This document shows, one piece after another, positions 35,953 through 48,558 of a stretch of 64,000 nt of DNA. Made by a program: the position numbers and the translations under genes. How positions within the stretch are numbered: the first letter of the stretch is position 1; each line of letters opens with the position of its first letter. This DNA is from Neophaeotheca triangularis (lineage: Eukaryota), in contig BAAIJX010000058.1 in NCBI GenBank assembly GCA_054600435.1, positions 62,001 through 126,000 on the forward strand, given 5' to 3'. Under the pieces are notes generated by a model that did not search any database, was not told the DNA's origin, and saw nothing but the letters and a program-made list of their open reading frames with translations.

Positions 35953-37233
35953 GGGCGGTTTTTTCTTTCTGGGAGGACTGGCTTGATCGGATTTTTTAGG
36001 GAGAGGCTCATGATGGAGGAAACGGGAGGAGCTAGTCGGAAGCTCTCTAGTATGGCTTTTTTGCTTGGGGTCCGCGCATAGTGCGCCCCTTTACCCTAGG
36101 TAAGCAGTACAGCACTACAGCAGTTCACGAATAGAACTACCCCTTCCCAACGATCATCTAAGCTCACACGCAAGTCAGCTCTACTCAACACAGCACATCA
36201 TAACACAGCACAGCGCAAAGCCCTATATTAGACGAAGACACATTCCATTCACCCCCTTCCCACCCCCACCCCCCCCACAGCTAGGCCCAACACAACTCAA
36301 ACCACCCCGCCCGCTTATCAAAACCAAGCAACCAACGAACAACCCACCCGACTCTCACACGTACCATCTCAACACGACCCCCAACCCGAAAGCGCTCCCA
36401 TCCCATTCAATCCCTCCCAAAACCACAACAGCACCGCCAAGCATCTTACAACTCCCCTCCCCTCCCCAACCCACCCCATCCGCCTCCAACTCCCACCCCG
36501 ATAGTAAAAGAGCAGAGCAGAGCAGAGCAAAAAGCCACAAAACCCCCCGGCACCCCGGAAACACAGAAAACCGCCAAAAGCCAACCGCAACCGGTCCGCA
36601 ACCGCCAGTGACAGTCTACTCCCCACCCCCAAACCCCCGCCCCGCTTCGCAAAGCTCGAGAAAAACTCCCTCCACACCCGCACGCAGGCAGTCCCGGGTA
36701 CCTAATAAGGTCGTTCCAGTAAGTAAGTACTACAGCCCGTCCGTCCGCACGCACGCACGAGCAGCAGCAGCAGCTCTATCCATAGACAAAGACTCCCGAG
36801 CGGGGAAATTCCTCCTCGAGGAGGGAGGCCTCGCGAGTTGGCTTGCTCGCTCGCTGGGCGACTTGTCGCGATTTGGGGTTTTGTTGGGAAGCTATCGGAG
36901 AGCCCGCGTTTTTTCTTCTCGCTCGGGATGGGGAACGGCCTGCTTGGTTTGGGGTTTGGGGCTTGGGTTTTCGTGGTGTAGTTGTTTGAAGGGGAATGGG
37001 AAGGGTTGGATGGGTTTTGAGTTGGGGTGGCTGGGGGAGGGGTTGGTTGGTTGATTGGTTGACTGGCTGGCTGGCTGCTTGGGTTTGCTGGGTGGGGGTT
37101 GCTATGGGGTTTTTTGAGTGAGAGGGGGATGGAGGTTCAGGAGGGTGGGGAGGGGGGATGGGTAGGTGGGTGAGGAGGGTAGGAGGGTGGGGGTCGGGGT
37201 TGCTTGGTCTAGTTGAAGTGACTGTCGGACGGG

Positions 37234-37470
37234 GAGGGAGGGGGAGAGGGAGAGGGAGAGGGAGAGGGAGAGGGAGAGGAAGAGGAAGAGGAAGAGGGAG
37301 AGGGAGAGGGAGAGGAAGAGGAAGAGGAAGAGGAAGAGGAAGAGGAAACAGAAGAGAAAGATTGAGAGCGGGAAGAAGTACAGCAGGAAGTATCGAAGAG
37401 CTCGGAGGAGGAATTCAAGAGAGGGAGAGGAAGAGGGGGAAGAAGACGAAGGGGAAGATGTAGAGCGAGA
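37234..37470. repeat. Polypurine (GGAGAG)/(GGAAGA) hexamer microsatellite
   Basis: Directly visible. Confidence 0.9.
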
Positions 37471-38034
37471 AGAAGCACAGCAAGAAAAGTTCAAGGAGCT
37501 CAGGGAAGGAGGTTAATAGCAGCAATTGAAGACGGGTAAAAACGGAAACGACAAGAGGGGCTAGAAGAGAGAGAGAGGCAACAAGCCGGAAAAGGGGGAA
37601 TTTGAGATAGCAACAAGAGGGAGGGAAGAGGGTGATTAGATATGTACGACTCCTATTTTCTTCTACAGGCGAGAAGGAAAAGTAATGGCGTAGTAGCTTG
37701 GTAGCGTAGTAGCTTGGAAATGAGGAAGTAAGCAAGGAACAGAAAGTAGGTAGAGGAGCAAAGCAGGCATTTGAACAGAAAAAAGAGCCAAAGCCAGAAC
37801 AACACCTCAGTCGACAGCAGGAGCACTTACAAGACCAAAGGAATGACATCCATACCTGCCCCACGACAGCCCTTACAGCATACCCTCGCAGCAAAACCCT
37901 CACAGCAGAACCCTTACACTCTCTACACTAGAACCCCCATGGCGAAAATCACACCTACAACCATCGCAACTTTGAGAACCGTCAGAAACCCCACCTCCCA
38001 CCCTTCCCCTTACCCACGGTTAAATAAACCGACG

Positions 38035-38235
38035 ACTCCTGTATCCTACTCAAACCAATTATATTACTCAAACCAACGACAGCATCGTACTCAAACCAAC
38101 GACTAAACGCGTCGTACTCAAAACCGACCATCGCACTCAAACCACCGACTTCCGTATCATACTCAAAACGACTATCCTACTTAAACCGACTATCCTACTC
38201 AAACCAACTATCGCATCATAGTCAAATAAACCGAC
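38035..38235. repeat. Irregular minisatellite, core TCsTACTCAAACCrAC, about 9 copies
   Basis: Repeated TACTCAAACC core with short variable spacers. Confidence 0.8.
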
Positions 38236-38335
38236 AATACCACTTTGCCCAAACCCCAAACCGACCCAACCCAGCCCTCCATCCCATCCATCAAGACCCT
38301 ACCCAGGTATTACTAAACTAACAAAAGACGCCGGT

Positions 38336-38480
38336 ACACCACTACAACCACGACCACTACTACCACCACGACCACCACTACCACCACCACCACAACCACC
38401 ACAACCACCACCACAACCACCACAACCACCACTACCACCACCACTACTACCACCACTACCACCACTGCCACCACCACCGC
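38336..38480. repeat. (ACC/ACT/ACA)n trinucleotide microsatellite
   Basis: Directly visible. Confidence 0.95.
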
Positions 38481-38520
38481 CCGCGCAACATTACCATAAC
38501 CCAACCCAACCCAAGCACGT

Positions 38521-38780
38521 AAAAAAGAGAAGAAAAGAAAAGAGAAGAAGAAGAAGAAGAAGAAGAAGAAGAGAAGAGAAGAGAAGAAGAAAAAGAAGAA
38601 GTAGAAAAAGAAGAAAAACAAGAAGAAAAAGAGAAAAAGGCAAGAAATACCTCACCTCAGCACCAGAAAAGAAGGAATAAAAGTGAAAGGGAAAAAATAA
38701 AAAGCTCTTCTCAAAAAGCGTACAGAAAATAATTCCCTCCCTCCCTTCTTCTTTCTTCTTCTTCTTCTTCTTCTTCTTCT
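38521..38780. repeat. (GAA)n tract at 38521-38640 and inverted (CTT)n tract at 38745-38780
   Basis: Directly visible. Confidence 0.9.
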
Positions 38781-39192
38781 CGCTCGATATCAAAATCAAA
38801 ATCATCAAACCCCCTCGACTTCAGCTCCAATCTCTGCCAGTGTTTCTTAGGTTCCTCCAACTCTAGGTAGCGAATGCGTAAACCGCCCCCATCCCCAACC
38901 TTTACCACGCTACCTGAGACATGGGCAAAGATGTTTTTGACACTGCCTTATCTTGTCCCGACGACGCACATCTCAGCCTTCCACCACCCCTGTGGACAAC
39001 GGTAAGTGAGTGCAGGAATAAGCTCCACACCTACCTACCTACCTCCCTCTACACTTGAGCACCAATTCTGGAATTCTTCCCCCCAACAAGCTCTGCTCAC
39101 AACCCCCTCACGATCCCGTCCAACAAGACCCCAGACCCCAACATCAGCATATGAAAAGAGACAAAAGACAAGACAAGCAAAAGTTCCATTCT

Positions 39193-40532
39193 CTACTGCG
39201 CCGCCCCACTCCCCCCATCAGTATTAAGCCCAAAATACAACCCCAGCACCAAAGCCAGAATACAAATAATAGCAACGACGATCCAAAAACACCACCACTT
39301 CAACTTCCTCGCCCGTCTCGCACTCGCGACACCCTTGTCCAAATGCACGTTCCCGGCCTCGGTGTCGTTTTTGACTTGCTCGGTGCGCTGTTCCGTTTGC
39401 TGAATGGGCTCGTCTTGCAGGACAATGGTCGTGGCCAGGTCTTCCATTAGTTGGTTGAGTTCGATCATGGTTTTTTCAATCTTTTGGATGTCGTTGTGGC
39501 GGGCGCGGACGGCGCCTAGGACGGTGCTGGCCGTGGCTGTGCGGTTGGATTTGAGCTAAGAGAGGGTGAGAGTAATTAGTTTTTGAAAGAACGTAGAGGT
39601 GAGATAGCGCTTAGGCAAGGGTATAACGGGATCATGGGCGACACTCACCGCTGTCTGGAAAACACCCTCATTCCCCCAATCCGCATCCGCCGCTTCCTGC
39701 ACTTCACTCTCACTAGCTTCCGGGTTGACAATTCGATACTGCCGCGCGATCTGCTCTCGGTAGCGCTTTTCATAATTGGCCTCCTCGACTCTGTACTCTT
39801 GCAACTGTTTTTGGAAACTGGTCTTGAGCTGCTTGATCTGCGTCTGCTTGATGCCGTTCTCAGGGGAGCGCGCGGCGTCGCGCTCGAGGAATTTGATCTG
39901 GTCTTTGATGCTGGTGTTGAGGACTTGGGTTTGAGTGACGGTATTTTCGAGGGAACCGGACGAGGAGGCATCGGGGGAGGAGAGGGTACGTTGGTGGGCT
40001 GAGGCGATTTGACCGACGTGGGTGGTTAAGGTGCGGATATCGGCTTTGGCGGCTTCGACGCGCGAGAGGAAGTCTTGGTTGCTGAGGACCGTGTCGGGTT
40101 TTATGTATTCGACACCGCCTTCGGGGAGGGGAGGGGCGTCGGCTGGGGCGCCGTATTGGACGCCTCCTGCGCCGGTTTGCTGTTGGGAGGGGTCGCCATA
40201 GTCGGAGGCTTGCGAGTAGGCGGAAGGTTGGTGTTGGGGCGCTGCTGGCGGCATATGCTGGGGGTTTAAATTGTTAGTGCGTGGATGTGAGTGCGGTGAT
40301 GCGTTGTTGCGCGCGCGCTTACTTGTCGTCCGCCATAGCCTTGCACTTGACCATATGTCCCTGCCTGAGGAGATTGCTGGTCGTATCCTCCTCCGCTCCC
40401 GCCGTAGGGGTTACTGCTGCCACCACCGTATGGATTGCTCGAGCCATAGCCACCTCCAGCACCGCCGTACTGTCCGGCTTGAGGATCTTCGTACGGGTTT
40501 CCGCCGTAGCCCGAATACTGGTTGTAACTCAT
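39193..40532 (-). CDS. SSO1: Plasma-membrane syntaxin (t-SNARE), 3 exons
   Basis: REQIARQYRIVNPEASESEV; ARHNDIQKIEKTMIELNQL (SNARE motif); ARRARKLKWW + C-terminal TM. Introns 40322-40258 and 39648-39556. Confidence 0.92.
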
Positions 40533-41789
40533 GCTGGGATAAGTAGGATTGGCGCGCTCAATGCGCTGGCTTGGCTAAGGGTAGTGTCAATGCTGCCGAG
40601 ATGTTGTTGTGGGTGTGAATGCCGGTAAGATTTGTGGGGGGTGTGATGGTAGTCGTGGTAGTAGTGATGGAGTCTGCGAGAGGATGGTATCGGGTGGTAG
40701 AGTAGGTAGGTACGCTGGCAGGGGTGACCTGGAGTAAGATGAGGCAGGCGGGCCCGTGCGTATAGAATACGGGCTAATGTCGAGAGGTAGTGTAGGTAGA
40801 TCGCAATGGGTTATTAACGTAATCGGAGGGAGGGAGAGACGAGAAAGAATATTAGGATGAATAATGGCAGGCGATGAGAAGAAGAGGAGTTGTAAAGATT
40901 GAAGAAGGGAGGGAAGATGCGACGTGATGGAGGAGTAGGAGGAGGAGGAGGAGGAGGACGGGAGGCAGTTCGTCTGATGTAGAGTGCAAGTGGACAGTAG
41001 TAGTAGTAGTAGTACCTGTGAGTGGAGGAGGTGGATTGGACAGTGGCTGGAAGCTTTCACCTTTTTCCCCACCCAACGAAAGAAGCCTTAGGTTCTCGAC
41101 TCGAAAGCAAGCCTAATAAGGTATTCTAGTTTGTTAGGATTAGGGTTGGGGTTGGGGTTTTGGCCCACCACAAACCCATCTTCTCGTCTATGAAAGAGCA
41201 GACGACGGCGCAGTGAGATTGGTACTATAAAATAATCAATACCTATCGCATAGTACTAGAAATCACTACTCATATCTCATTTTGGCTGCCCAAAAAATTA
41301 ATCCTGTTGCCTCCCACATCCCTACCTACCTAATCCCTATACCCTCAATCGCCACCTCACATTTGGAGAGATTTGGAGAGATTCGCAAGCTCGTGGCTGT
41401 GTCCCCGGCGACCATCAACCCTGAGCTCCGCCGCGACAGCTGAGTAGACCGACCACCCTTGGACCTACATAGTAACCTCCCCTCCCTCACCACTCCTCGC
41501 CTTTATCACTTAACCCGTAACAGCACGTCTCTACCCCCCTCCATGATGTCTTCACGACTCTCTCCTCCAGGCTCGCATCACAGCTATAAAGCGCCAAAGG
41601 TACATTCCCCATGTACGGTAGTTTAACACGTCCTCTGAAATCGGGCTGGTCGCACGGGTGACCACTCTATTGTCAACTTTGGACCAATCCATGTGCAACC
41701 TTCGAGTTTAAACGACATTACTAACGGTCTGTAATCGCCGTCAACACATGCTCGTAAATATTTGGCTACCTTTCTTGTAAAGAACGACG

Positions 41790-42350
41790 CCCCTTCGGCG
41801 GTAAGCATTCTCGGTTGTCGCTATTAGCACAAAATTAGTCGGCTGACTAGTAAATATGCTACAGACCTCGACAATTGTACCCTCGGTAGCGATAACACTT
41901 AAAATTGTGCAACTAGCTAATAGCTGTTGTCTATAGCGTGCAAGAATTGCCATCTCAGGGACCCTTTGAAAAGCGATAGGAAATTCCCCTATAGCAACTG
42001 CGTGAAGAGTGGCGCAGGTTTGAAACCATATTGAGCAGATTGACCCAGACGAGAAGTGCTATTGTTAGCGATGCACCAAGCTGGGTTGATATTGCAAGGG
42101 TGGCAGCCCTTGTGCTTAATATATCACCTATATGTTCAAGAATGATCGTAGTAGGGGTGTAAAGATGATCTACGTGTTGTATACCACTGGAGCCATAGGA
42201 AGAGGCGAGTAGTTCGAAAGCAAATTGAAACGGGAGTGGGAAAGCGAGATGGATTTTCATCATCGTAAGCAAGCTCAAGCACGCTGTAGGTACTGTATAT
42301 TGACCCCTGATTTCGAGCAACATGCACTATATCTAATCTGTAGTCATTAG
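41790..42350 (+). pseudogene. Decayed gene with two Zn(II)2Cys6-like motifs
   Basis: From 41936: ACKNCHLRDPLKSDRKFPYSNCVKSGAG. After a frameshift: EKCYC*RCTKLG*YCKGGSPCA*YI. Stops and Tyr codons sit where CAG/CGA/CAA/TGT would be. Confidence 0.55.
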
Positions 42351-43742
42351 TCCCATCATGATCAAATCCCCATAACAAATAGCCAAACGCCAAACGCCCA
42401 CCTCCCACCTTGCTCTCGTTCCCCCTCCCCATTTGACTAGCAAGCCACTCGATCATCCTCTCATCTAACATCGGCCACGACGCTTGCGATGACGACTATA
42501 TACTAGGGGCAACCCCCCGTAACGACGCCAAACCCCCCACATCACTCCGACACACTCCCTCGTCCTGATAACAAGCGCATCATCACCATCCACAATTCGA
42601 GTATCATCCGAGCAAATCAATCTCCCTCCTCCTCCTCCTCCTCAAGCCCAATCCGCCGCCCATCACTAAGGCTCGCCATGGGTTCAACCCGCCACTTCCC
42701 CAAGCAAACCAAACCAAACCAAACCACCGCTCCAGGCTAGGTAACCCAGCACAGCCCAACCCAACCTAAGCCAGCTCAGCCCATCCCAACCCATCCTAGT
42801 AGCCTACAAACAAACCAAAAAAACAATCCAACCCCTCCACAACCCATCCCACGTGAGCGTGAGCAACAAACCCAGACCCAGCCCCAAACCCAGTCCCCGA
42901 CCCCGAAACCCCCTTCCCGACTCGTTCCGAGAAAAAGACACCACCAACCCCCTTGACAAACTCGAGAAAAAAAAAAAAAAAGAAAAGCATCGAGAGCCTC
43001 ACGCACGCGTTGAAACTCCCACTCCACTCCACTCCACGAGGTAAATCAAGCCAAGTCAAGTCAAGTCCCACCGCACTCGTCCCGTCGCCAGACGGATCAG
43101 TCGAGTGATTGAGGCGGATGCCCGGTCGAAAGTTTGCCTGGCGTGGCTTTTCTCGTTTCGGTTTCGCGGGGCCGGATCGTTGTCGTTGCTGTCATGGTCA
43201 TCGTTGCCATTATCATTGTCGATAGCATCAACATCAACATCAACATCAACATCAAGCATCAAGCATCAAGACGAAAGCTCAAGGTTTGGGGGGTTTGAGA
43301 GTCAGTGCAAGGCGGAAGCTGCCTTGGGTCGAGAGTACTGCGGCGTGGTGGATGCTTCGGGTGATGAGACGGCCGTAGGGAGAAGGGGGGTGTAGCGTGG
43401 TGGTTTCCAGCCTGCTGTGGGTTCTCAAGCGAATCGTGCGTGCGTGGAGATGGGATGGAGGAGGGGATGCAAGCGAGCGGTTGAGTAGGGCATCTGAGAT
43501 TCAGCTGGTTTCGGGGTTTCTGTCGAGGGTGGAGGTGTACTGGGGAAATTCCGCCTTGGTCTCGCTGGCGTAGGTGCAGGAGGTGCGGGAGCTTCGACTG
43601 ATGGGGGAAGAAAGGGTCTGGAGGAGAATGGAACTTGGAAGGACAGCGGTTGCGTGCATTGGTGCAAGGGAAAGGGTCAAGGCCTCGTGAAAAATCTATG
43701 TATATGTCTATCATCAAGCTAGCCAACTGCCAGCTATCCCCC

Positions 43743-45224
43743 CTACTTCCTCGCAGTGGGATTCCACGAAGAGTATTTGGTCAACTCGCGCGCGTGCCCG
43801 TACAAGCCCATGAAAGCCATGATGACTAAGTACGGAATGTAGCAGACGACGAAACCCAGCATGCTTTTGAAACTCGTAAACTCGCTCCGCACACGTTCGG
43901 TAAAGTACAGAGTCGCTATCAAGGCGGCTATAGTGGCGAACAAGAAGAATTGGGCCATTGGGTAGCGGAACCAGATCAGATGCACGAGCTCGGAGACGTT
44001 GGAAGGCCATTCCATGATGATGAAGGAGGCCATGAGGCACGTGTGCTGGCTGACGAAGTAGAAACTCAGCTCGCGGACGAAGAGGAGGGAGACGAGACCG
44101 GCGCGCTCGGATTTGCTGCGGTGGCCTTGTGGTGGGTTCCGCCAGATGAGCGGGAAGTGCTTGATGGAGGCTTGGGTCCAGCCTTGGGTCCAGCGCATGC
44201 GTTGTTTCCAGAATGCCATGGCGCTGGTCGGTGCAAGCTCGTAGCTGAGGACGTTCATGTCGTGGATGGCCCGGTTGCCTTCGGCGTAGGCGCGCAGAGC
44301 GGAGTCGATGTCTTCGGTGAGCATGTGGCCGTGCATTTTGAGCCCGCGGACGACTTCGGATCGCCACCAGCCGTTGCTGCCGCAGAAGAGACCGAAGCCG
44401 TACAGACGGGTGCGACCCGGGTGGGCGATTGCGTAGATCTTGTCAAACTCAATCGCCACCATTTTAGGGAGAAAGCCCTCATGGGTGTTGTAGACGACGC
44501 AGCGGCCTTGGACAATGTCCGCGGTGCCTTTTTCCGCTAGGAAGCGCTCAGCGGCCCAGCGGACGTTGTGAGGGTGCGGCAGGTGGTCGGTGTCGAAGAT
44601 GCCGGTGTAGTCTGCGCCGGTCGGAGGGAGGGAGAAGAAGTGGTTGAGGTTGTCGGCTTTGGATTTGGAGTTGGGCACCTTGACCACGTTGAGTTGGGGG
44701 TATTGATCGTGGAGTTCCCGCATGTGAGTCTCTAGTGGTTCGATGGGGTGAGGGGTGTTGTAGACCATGTTGATGCGGAGCTTGTCCGATGGGTAGGCGA
44801 TTTCCTCGAGAGCGTACATGATTTGGGATATGACAATGTCTTGCTCGTTGGGGAGGTAGGCCACATATACCAGGTCCATGACGGGGAGTTTGTCGTTGTC
44901 AGAGGGGAATTTTCCACCATTCTCCTCGACTTTGATGGCGGCCTTTTTCGCATTCCGGACCGGTGTCATACCCAGGAAGGATTCGATGGCAGTGCAGAGC
45001 GCAATGTAGAGGTTAACAATCATGTAGAAGAAGTAGAAGACCTCGATGGCCTCGCCGGAGCACATGCAGAAGATTGCCGTGCAGACCACCCAGTAGCAGG
45101 CTACGAGCACAAAAGGCGTCCAGTCCATCAACCAGTCCGAAAAAGCCATCCAGTGGGTTTTCATCGTTCGGACTGTTTTGCGGAACAGGCCCTGATCTTG
45201 GTCTTCGCTGAATCGGGAAGCCAT
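43743..45224 (-). CDS. Processive family-2 glycosyltransferase (CesA-like fold), intronless, 493 aa
   Basis: Two N-terminal TMs; VAYLPNE, SKADNLN, FDTDH (DxD), LTEDID, QRMRW (QxxRW); about three C-terminal TMs. Confidence 0.92.
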   Translation of the reverse strand: MASRFSEDQDQGLFRKTVRTMKTHWMAFSDWLMDWTPFVLVACYWVVCTAIFCMCSGEAIEVFYFFYMIVNLYIALCTAIESFLGMTPVRNAKKAAIKVEENGGKFPSDNDKLPVMDLVYVAYLPNEQDIVISQIMYALEEIAYPSDKLRINMVYNTPHPIEPLETHMRELHDQYPQLNVVKVPNSKSKADNLNHFFSLPPTGADYTGIFDTDHLPHPHNVRWAAERFLAEKGTADIVQGRCVVYNTHEGFLPKMVAIEFDKIYAIAHPGRTRLYGFGLFCGSNGWWRSEVVRGLKMHGHMLTEDIDSALRAYAEGNRAIHDMNVLSYELAPTSAMAFWKQRMRWTQGWTQASIKHFPLIWRNPPQGHRSKSERAGLVSLLFVRELSFYFVSQHTCLMASFIIMEWPSNVSELVHLIWFRYPMAQFFLFATIAALIATLYFTERVRSEFTSFKSMLGFVVCYIPYLVIMAFMGLYGHARELTKYSSWNPTARK

Positions 45225-47182
45225 TTTGGAGGATGTGAGGTTATGTCTGCCTGAGCCAGCTCGGGTAGGTTGTTCTCGTTGTTGATGATAAAAGAGTGTT
45301 GCGATACGAGAAGGGTATACGGCCTTGCGACAATAAATGCGATTGCGATTGCAACGGGTATGTAACGATCGAGAGCTGCGATTGCAGTTGGTATTGAACG
45401 ATGGACAGTGACTGAGACCACAGGCGCTCAGATAAGTGAATGACTACTGCGAGGGCAGTTGGAAGAATGAGTGCTGACTGCGAAAGCAGACTATAGGGGG
45501 ACAAACGAGGGCAATGAATGGAGAGAGGGCTAGGTTTAGGAAGAGAAGCACCTTCACTTACATGCAGTTGTTGAGAGAGTGAGCTGGTTGATCAATCAAT
45601 ACAGTAGTAATGCCCGACACAGATCAACGTGCCGGGCCAGAAGAAGCGGCACACCATTCTAGCGTTTCCGTCTCGAGTCTCGACATGGGGGGTCGCGATA
45701 ATCAGGCGTTGCGTTGAGGCTGATGAATAGTGATGCCCTCCGAAAGCAGGGTCCTTTCCGGCTTTTGCAGCTCTCCCTAAAGGCAGGTAGCAGGGATGAT
45801 GGGGGTTCCAGCGTCGGCTTCTCTTTCAGGAAGATCAGAGGGGCGATTGACGTGCGTTGGGCAGCCTCTGCGTCGAGTCTCAACGGGGATTCTGTCTGAA
45901 GTCGCCGAAAACGGTTACCACTGCCTCGAGGCTTCTCAGAAGCTTGCACCATGTGGGTTTCTTCACAATATCGAGAAGGTTTGCTGCTGTGGATATGCAT
46001 TCGTATCTCTTTAAGAGGTGAGCGGTTTACTACTGGTCCTAATTCTTTCGCTTCGGTTAGAAAAGAATGGCTATCAGGCTGTGGGTACCTAGGACAGGCA
46101 TTGATCCAGGATGGAATTTTTCTTTCCGTGAAATCTGACGGCGCTAGGATATGTCACATTTTCGACAAGACGTCTTGGAGAAAGCACGGAATGCTAGGGC
46201 CAGCAGCTCAGCCGGCAGATCACTACTAGCTCGTCATTTTATTCTTCTTCTTTCCGTAATGCGTAAGAAATGCTGAAGAATGCTGAGTTGCTGACGCGGG
46301 CCAATTCGAAACAGTAATAAGGACGGGAAGAGATGCGCATTCGGTCGGACATTGCCGTTGCTGCATACATTATGATGTGCGCCACACGCAGCACTGAGCA
46401 GTATGATTACGATCATGACGACGAAATGCCGGTTTCATCGTTGCCGCTGTGGCGGGAGACTTTCCATTCAGTTCGCCTGGAACACGGAAGCGTTGAGGCA
46501 GAATAAGGTAAGCCTCGTGGGCCGCAGATGGGGCGGATCTTAGGTGACGAGTCGTGCGGGTAAGTCGTGACTGATGAGGCGAGGAGGTGATGTTAGTGGG
46601 TATCTCCACGGATAGTACCCGGACCTAATAGGAAGAGTGGTAGGTGGTGAAACAAGCAGCATCCCCGTCGTTCAATGAAAACGTGGTTGTGAAGAAGTGG
46701 GTCAGAGGTAACAAGCTGCCGGGGAGCGTTGTTCCACACACAGTCAAAACCTTGAAAATTGAAGCCTTTCAAGCTTGACTAGTACTATACTACTTTGGCA
46801 ACTTTCTGCAAGTCTTGGCTAGTCAGCTCCCACCATGCGAATGCTAATACTAGTCATCTCCACCGAGCCGCCCACGTCGCTTTCCATGTTCTTCGTGTTT
46901 CAAACATGGTGGAATGTCCGAAAAGTCAAAAGGTAGTGCCGGCGGGAGTTACGAGTATGGCCCTAATCTTGTTGATCCGCCCTCCGCGCGCAATGGGGTG
47001 AGGAGGTGGTGGGTAGTGGGTACTGCCATACATTGTTGTCGTGTGATTTCACTACTACTGATGTATCGCGGCAAAGGCACGGGAACATCCACTTTGTGGT
47101 CGACCATGTAACAGCATTCGCTCCGCTTCCTTCTCGAAGACTCACCAAAGCATCTCTCTAACGCGAGCCTACTCCAACCATC

Positions 47183-48558
47183 ATGGGTGCGGCTTCACTA
47201 CCATCTCAAGTCCAGAGCTATCTTGCTCCAGCAAGATGGCAAGCCGATTCTAAACCGGAGCAACACTCTCATCTCTACGGTCTTCGAGCCATCTTGACAT
47301 TTCTGGGTCTACTTTGGGTCTTCTTCGAGACCTTCATCCCAACCGTCGTCTCAAACAACACCGATGGACCAACCCATCAGAAAGTCGTCCGCTATATCTT
47401 TTCACCGCTTCTCTGGGACATCAGCCTAATCACCTCCTTCTTCTTCGTCCTCAGCGGTCGCGCAATCTGCATTCGTTTCCTAAAAGATTCGAGTCCCAGC
47501 ACCTACGCCGGGACCATCATCCGCAGACTCATCCGCCTTCCCATAGTCCTCACCATCGCCTGCGCAATTGCATTCGGCATCTTGGGTGGAACAGGAGTCT
47601 CTTACATTGCGCGCTTCAAGGAAGTCCTCCCCAATGACTCCATCGCAGTGCCCGACCTGCCTGACCGCGCCCTCACCGGTCTGAACTCCATGTTCGATCT
47701 CTTCTGGGTCGTCCGCAACTACTACGACCAAGCCGCCAACGACTTCTGGCCCACGCACACGCTCTGGAATCTCTCGCTAATCTACCAACAAAGCTGGACC
47801 ATTTACTTTTTAATGGTGATTCTTCCCTTCACTCGCGCCACCTGGCACTGGCCTTTTTTGGGACTCTTCGCGCTGGGCTCGTTCTGGATGAATACCTGGG
47901 GCTGGTACGACGCTTTCGCGCTGTTGGTGGCCGACTACGCCATCAACCCGACTTTGCGACCACGTTTCGAGCAAGGCTTGGAGGTCAAGCAGGACTGGCA
48001 CATCCACTGGGCTGCTATCGGTGGCATCATGACGGTAGCCGGCACTGCCATGAAGTACGTCTGGACTGCTCTTCCGCAATACGTCGACAAGGAGCTTGTC
48101 CTGCACCCTTGGGTCGACTTGACGGAAAACTCGAGTTTGAGGGAGATTGCCGATGCCGATCCTTACCCACGAGTGGACAACTTCCTCGTCATCTTCGGCA
48201 TCCTACTCATTGTCGAGACGATTCCCGTGATTCAGAAATTGCTGTCTGCGAGATGGCTAGTAGAGATTGGAAAACGGTCGTTGAGTATGCACTACCTTTA
48301 CAACCACTAATGCAAAAGTCCGCAATTCACTAACTCGGTTTAGGTCTCTTCATCGCTCAATCCATCATCTTCTGGACCGCTGGCATCAAGATGTATCTAC
48401 ATCTCTCAGACAGCGGTACCGACAAGGCTCTCGCCAACTTTGCCGTCTTTGTCGTTGCTACCGTCACAACGGTTGTTTTTGGGGAGGTCTACTATCGAGT
48501 GATTGATCTCCCATCTCAATGGCTAGCGAACAAGGGGTACGAGTGGCTTTTGACTTGA
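47183..48558 (+). CDS. Acyltransferase-3 (OafA-like) multi-pass membrane protein, 2 exons
   Basis: LYGLRAI, FFFVLSG, IIRRLIRL, HTLWNL, IGKRSLS|LFIAQ (intron 48285-48343), FGEVYYRVIDLPS. Confidence 0.85.

Noticed and set aside
37102..38808. Poly-GR, poly-S, poly-V and poly-F ORFs
   Set aside because: Translations of microsatellites.
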